64,000 bases of DNA from an uncultured virus (IMG/VR IMGVR_UViG_3300030106_006575) (lineage: Duplodnaviria > Heunggongvirae > Uroviricota > Caudoviricetes): the IMG/VR virus record IMGVR_UViG_3300030106_006575, one strand, 5' to 3'. Positions 60,201 to 64,000 of this stretch are shown in pieces; position 1 is the stretch's first letter; each line of letters opens with the position of its first letter. The position numbers and the translations under genes were made by a program. Under the pieces are notes generated by a model. That model saw only the letters and a list, made by a program, of their open reading frames with translations. It had not been told where the DNA came from and did not search any database.

Positions 60201-63200
60201 CAGATGCCGATGGAGAATTTACTGTACAAGATTTCTCATCCGGTTCAATCGGAACAAGAAGATATCGCGACCCCGATATCGCTCCCATTGTAAGTAATCA
60301 ATACAACGCCCGAGGTTATTTCTTCGCTACTAGTACGACTGGAGCCGTTGACACCAACTACGTGAGTGTCGCAAGACAACAACGCCCAGAGGTGTTGGGT
60401 AGTCAGGATATGATCGAGATTAGAAGCGAAGACGATTTGGTTTTTACAAAAGATGCCGCGCCGATCAGTCACTATTTTACTTTTGAAAAGAGCTTATACC
60501 AGACAATCTCAGAAGAAATGCTCAATATGTTCGCTGGGATTGCAGAGTTCAACAACCTAATCGGAGAACCGGTTAACAAATATAGACACGAATACAAGGA
60601 CATGGCTAAGCTGCGGCAGCTTTTCTATGAAAAAGTGGAGAATGTCCCGGATTTAGACAAGTATCTTTCATATTATAAATGGCTTGATACAGCACTAGGA
60701 GAGATGCTGCAACAGTTGGTTCCGGCTTCTTCTAGATTTTCTGATGATGTAAGAAATGTTATTGAAGACACTATCCTGACTAGAAACAAATATAGACACA
60801 AGATCCCGACCATTAGAGCACTTGATATCGAAGTTGAAGGTCGAGTTAAGGGTATTTACGAAAATACATATAGGTGGAGCAAAGGTCACGCGCCAATACC
60901 AACAAAAGCTATTGCTACAATAACAGTAGCAGATGGTGACGCAGCAAGCGGAATGACAGAAAAAGAGCATATCACTATCGTATCCACTGACGGAACAACC
61001 AAAAGGTATGTTATCACCAACGCCGCCAGCGATGGTGCTACGGCTACTGGCACAGTCCTAAGTGATTCAGGAAACACAGACACCGGCGCCGGAACTGCTG
61101 GCGCAGATGAAGACGGTGGTATAGCAGTAAGTATAAATCTAAGTTCGGCAACCCAGAACGAGTTTTTGGTCCAGCTTAAAGCGGCTATTGAACACGCAAA
61201 CGGACACAACGGCAAGATTGCAGTCTCAGCCGTGCCCGGACAAGCAGACGGAAACCAAGCAATTACATTAACCCAAGACCGAGCAGGCCCCGCCGGAAAC
61301 AGGGCTATTTCTGACAATATAAGCCAAGCTACGATTGTTAGTTTTACCGGCGGTGATGACAAACAAAATGCCAATTGCCTTTGGTGGAAACAGAGGGCAG
61401 AACGCCAGGGCAACATAATCACCTCCGACAAAGCATCAGTTGACAGAAGTGCAACTGTTGTTTCGATCATTGACGAGCAACGCAACACATATAAGAAAGT
61501 AGGCTATTCTTTTGTCTCCTCCTCGGTACCAAAATTTTCGGTGGTACCCGAAGGGACTGGATTGGGAACAGCCGGCGTCAATAACGTATTGGCTTATACT
61601 GGATCTTATTATTATAACAACCGCTTCACTAAGCTTTATAGACTTTATGCGGAAGTTGGAGCATTGGGTAGCAGCATTGGGTTAGCCCAGTTGGACCTCG
61701 ATGGTGACGGAGCCAGTGGTAAATATACTTACTGGCAAGGTGCCACTACAAACTTAGACCAGGCTATTCTTATAACAAATTTGTCGGAACTAAATCCTTG
61801 CACTGCTGGGGAATATTATCCCGTCGATGGAACATATCCTGCTTATAGTACCACGGAGGAGTCAGACACAGCCATTGGTGGCACAACCGAAGCATCGCCA
61901 ACCAACAATACATCAATATTGCCGTTTGGCCTGTACACCACGTCGGTCACAACCGGATACGTTGGCGCCATCTCGAACGTCCAAATAACTGACTTCACAG
62001 GCTCTACATCAGCAGGGGGCTTGGCGCTAAATGATATGCACCGAGATGTCTACGAGACGAACGAGATTCCAGCACAGGGACCATTTACCGAAAAGTATGT
62101 CGGTGGTTGGCCACATCGACACGTCGACTTGAATACATCCAAGGCAGGGAGTATAGACTCTTTAACAAATCGGCTTGAGGGATTCAAAATCACCTTCACT
62201 TCAACCAGTGTTTCCGTTGAATCTCAAGACAGTGATAAACCTAATGGAACACTGGCTCTATATCGCAACACAAAAGTGAAGAGCCCTGTCAATATTAGAA
62301 ATATTCAGCAACTAACGGGTTCTGGTCAGCTTAATCATATTGGTAACTTCTCAAGGCATTATGAAATAATTCAAACCTCAGACCGCGACATTAACAACAG
62401 GGCTTTTGTTAAGCACGAAGGTAAAGGCCCATTCCTTGAGAATAGCAGAGTTAAAAGAAAGGCTCGCGGCACCCTGACCGTAAGCACCCGCGGTATGGCC
62501 GGCCTCGGCGAGTTCAAGGACGTTGCAAAACCAAACTTCTATCTCTCTGGTTCATCACATCGCGAGAACAATATTGTATCTCAAGGCAGCAATCAATTTA
62601 CCCACAACAACACAACAGATTACGTCATCGTCGAAAGATTCTCGGCCCCTGGTGGACCTGAAACGGCAGGTGACTCAATGGGTGGTGCAGCCCTCGACTT
62701 TGGCTCCGCACAGTATTCACCGTACAACAACATTAACTATCGTAACCTGACTGTAAGACTTCCATTAAGAAGGCTTCTCACAGACCACGCCAATCAGTTT
62801 GGTCTCAAATCAGATGCATCAACAGCGGAGTGGAACGCTGCTGCCGACGCCCACGACGCCTACAACCCATCAACGGTTAGCTCATTCGACTACAGCGGCA
62901 TACCGGCCTTCCACGACGTTAATAGGAACTCTACCCTTCGGTATGAATCTTCAGGCTCTAGAACGGCAGCTGAGACCGTTATAAGGGCACAAACACACGA
63001 CAACTACTGGGTATCCAGAGAGATTCCACAATCTGATACGCAATATGCTTGGATTACAGCCTCGCTTACACACATACCTGGACACCAAACGGTTGTTCTT
63101 GGTCACCCACGCCCTGACGGTATGCACTCAAGCTCCGTGGCGTTTACCTATGCCCTGGCACAAGGTCCGCTTGGCGGGCTCGCAAGCACCGCAAAGACCG

Positions 63201-64000
63201 TTGGACCCGGTTTCATTCCGGCATATAACTTTGTTAGTGCGAGTGACGCGGTGAGTAAGAAAGACGGGGTGTGGCTCGGACCAGGCGGCAATGTTTCACA
63301 CGCCATCGCCGGCGGCATTGATAAGCGGAGCGCGAACTCAACTTGTCCTAACAACTTTTTTCCAACTGATTTCGTTGGGATGAACGGCAATCTTCGACAG
63401 ATTATAGATACTGGCTCGTTAATTCTATCCGGTGCAGGATCTCCCTACCACGACGCTCTCCCACAAATCGGCACAGCGCCTTTTTATCAGGCTATCTACC
63501 TGTATGTGAATACTGTATACGGATCTACTACCGGGGATTTCATAACCAGCCTGGCCAATGAAGCCCGCGGCGGCAATGTAGCCGTCCTCAACGCACTCAA
63601 CCTCAACAGGAACGGACCTTACGGATGGCCATCTTGGAAACAAATCAGAACAGGTGAGACTCGTGTCGGTAGATACCTGAGACGAAATAATATCATTTCT
63701 TACAACGAAACCCCGGGTAGTCACTCGGTTACGGAAAACTTTGAAACCATTGCAAGATTTGGAGGACTGAAGAAATACAGAGAGCCAGCATTGGTTTCAG
63801 CATATAGTCCAATCAAGTTTAAGCTTGGGATGAAAGCTTCATATACAGATGTCGGCAATACTGCAACATCTACAGGATTAATGAACGCCGAAGCGACTTA
63901 TGGAAATGAGTTGGTGTTCTTCTCCGATAAAGAGCTTGACGATGCAAAGGGCTTTATTAAATCACAGCCTATTGGATATAAGACAATAACCGATTTTTAC
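57299..64000 (+). CDS. very large virion protein with LamG/concanavalin-like domain (3' truncated)
   Basis: ATG 57299 MSIKKLF; frame still open where spot-checked, and absent from the ORF track, consistent with running off the window end. TIEFWLKK, WHHYA, IDEFRYW, YYKFNEG; IYKTKGT..SFRNLIRCFG baseplate-wedge-like motif. Confidence 0.85.
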   Translation, partial: MSIKKLFNKGKTNKVVKSTDLKSLESSIESERNLEQRFKDIEQNIPHVDFSNPENFARYGSAEKYYTDAIDRIVRSFPYDGSDAEISEFHNESNYVDRYIFDNLYPRTTGYATFSPHDTTNDNGGWGANDTSPAAATLYYGEPTTKEYIEVKGGPHSASYGMPSGSLGLTFTGSNKYSTDIYSQAGKSPIGRDGTRESNLRMDPDDGVTIEFWLKKESFIASKTQKEVIFDLWNQVTSSDTRHGRLTVELTASGYAEDGANPFRFTFVSGAIANGAGEGFQNLALGGTAITTASIADNKWHHYALSVYKTGSNNTVRFYRDGELVSTLATGSTTSAVTGSLVGFIGALQTHPNLPVGTTIPSDSMVGWGKLSASIDEFRYWKTRRTSEQIKKNFYTQVRGGSNNEVSNADLGVYYKFNEGVTTETSIDSTVLDYSGRISNGIWVGYASDARSTGSAIVEYSGSNKIEYKDPIIYGTHPDVQELRNNLIASASYHDVRNNSSLYGSMPEWITDEDKEKGGELKHLTQVIGNYFDTLHLQIEALSHLHDVTYQTSSGKPLPFANSLLESKGFINSEIFANADVLEAVKNRDTERDFEEDMHKVKNLIYKNIYNNLVHIYKTKGTEKSFRNLIRCFGIDEEVVRINLYSDNTTHLLKNRYKPKALKRNFIDFYKSDNQDALVTHQSSSQAGGAKNSDSIGVTYLSASHKDIATTAETEVIFPRLKEPGDPGYVELSFTDSSIFGWDQADADPDDYIKPTNGSGYQVLAIRPNYDSKNAYFKLVDRRNGNTIATSSLYKDVYDDQRWTFALRTRNVLTSSTGGGAGNPSATHGHIGTYLTGGPGDGGVGTHVEVNLYGVHTVYDRVQQEFALSGNAIHSDITVPRRYYVGARRTNVTGALQEYSGVKVGYLRHWQMYLDNKAIQAHSKDPENYGTSNPMRSSYLLENPLTGTWMPEYETLALNWDFSNVTGSDADGEFTVQDFSSGSIGTRRYRDPDIAPIVSNQYNARGYFFATSTTGAVDTNYVSVARQQRPEVLGSQDMIEIRSEDDLVFTKDAAPISHYFTFEKSLYQTISEEMLNMFAGIAEFNNLIGEPVNKYRHEYKDMAKLRQLFYEKVENVPDLDKYLSYYKWLDTALGEMLQQLVPASSRFSDDVRNVIEDTILTRNKYRHKIPTIRALDIEVEGRVKGIYENTYRWSKGHAPIPTKAIATITVADGDAASGMTEKEHITIVSTDGTTKRYVITNAASDGATATGTVLSDSGNTDTGAGTAGADEDGGIAVSINLSSATQNEFLVQLKAAIEHANGHNGKIAVSAVPGQADGNQAITLTQDRAGPAGNRAISDNISQATIVSFTGGDDKQNANCLWWKQRAERQGNIITSDKASVDRSATVVSIIDEQRNTYKKVGYSFVSSSVPKFSVVPEGTGLGTAGVNNVLAYTGSYYYNNRFTKLYRLYAEVGALGSSIGLAQLDLDGDGASGKYTYWQGATTNLDQAILITNLSELNPCTAGEYYPVDGTYPAYSTTEESDTAIGGTTEASPTNNTSILPFGLYTTSVTTGYVGAISNVQITDFTGSTSAGGLALNDMHRDVYETNEIPAQGPFTEKYVGGWPHRHVDLNTSKAGSIDSLTNRLEGFKITFTSTSVSVESQDSDKPNGTLALYRNTKVKSPVNIRNIQQLTGSGQLNHIGNFSRHYEIIQTSDRDINNRAFVKHEGKGPFLENSRVKRKARGTLTVSTRGMAGLGEFKDVAKPNFYLSGSSHRENNIVSQGSNQFTHNNTTDYVIVERFSAPGGPETAGDSMGGAALDFGSAQYSPYNNINYRNLTVRLPLRRLLTDHANQFGLKSDASTAEWNAAADAHDAYNPSTVSSFDYSGIPAFHDVNRNSTLRYESSGSRTAAETVIRAQTHDNYWVSREIPQSDTQYAWITASLTHIPGHQTVVLGHPRPDGMHSSSVAFTYALAQGPLGGLASTAKTVGPGFIPAYNFVSASDAVSKKDGVWLGPGGNVSHAIAGGIDKRSANSTCPNNFFPTDFVGMNGNLRQIIDTGSLILSGAGSPYHDALPQIGTAPFYQAIYLYVNTVYGSTTGDFITSLANEARGGNVAVLNALNLNRNGPYGWPSWKQIRTGETRVGRYLRRNNIISYNETPGSHSVTENFETIARFGGLKKYREPALVSAYSPIKFKLGMKASYTDVGNTATSTGLMNAEATYGNELVFFSDKELDDAKGFIKSQPIGYKTITDFY

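Noticed and set aside
60886..61488. 200-aa minus-strand ORF
   Set aside because: Shadow of the inserted module in the giant + strand protein.
1..64000. Stop-codon reassignment, DGR/retron, introns or inteins
   Set aside because: Genes are full length in the standard code using TAA, TAG and TGA stops; no reverse transcriptase, homing endonuclease or intein motifs were seen.

Overview
This window is a segment of a large tailed (myovirus-like, probably jumbo) bacteriophage genome, almost all on the + strand. It has baseplate genes and no cellular housekeeping operons. In order: (i) a MoxR-type AAA+ ATPase (partial), tRNA-Lys and a HExxH/vWA partner; (ii) a tandem array of about 9 tiny SH3/KOW-like paralogs; (iii) a ~1 kb non-coding region with about 10 DnaA-box-like pseudo-palindromes and an abrupt G-to-C skew flip (candidate origin or terminus); (iv) a membrane/lysis-like region with three myxobacterial-style PKD/vWA lipoproteins, holin-like genes, cysteine synthase and a stand-alone S4 protein; (v) acidic putative head-internal proteins, including an RNA-ligase-like + HIGH nucleotidyltransferase fusion; (vi) a Fis-like HTH, tmRNA (tag AEDNNQFELALAA), tRNA-Arg, a candidate structured RNA, PIN-PhoH and a PD-(D/E)XK nuclease; (vii) a 14-gene glycosylation cluster with NeuB, NeuA and GT29-like sialyltransferases; (viii) a sigma-like gene, then tail/baseplate genes (M15 peptidase hub, spike, 2446-aa protein, gp25, gp6, and a LamG protein open at the window end). 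An 8-mer, ACTAHTTA, precedes at least 12 genes and is a candidate phage late promoter. All assignments come from motif recognition by eye; no searches were run.
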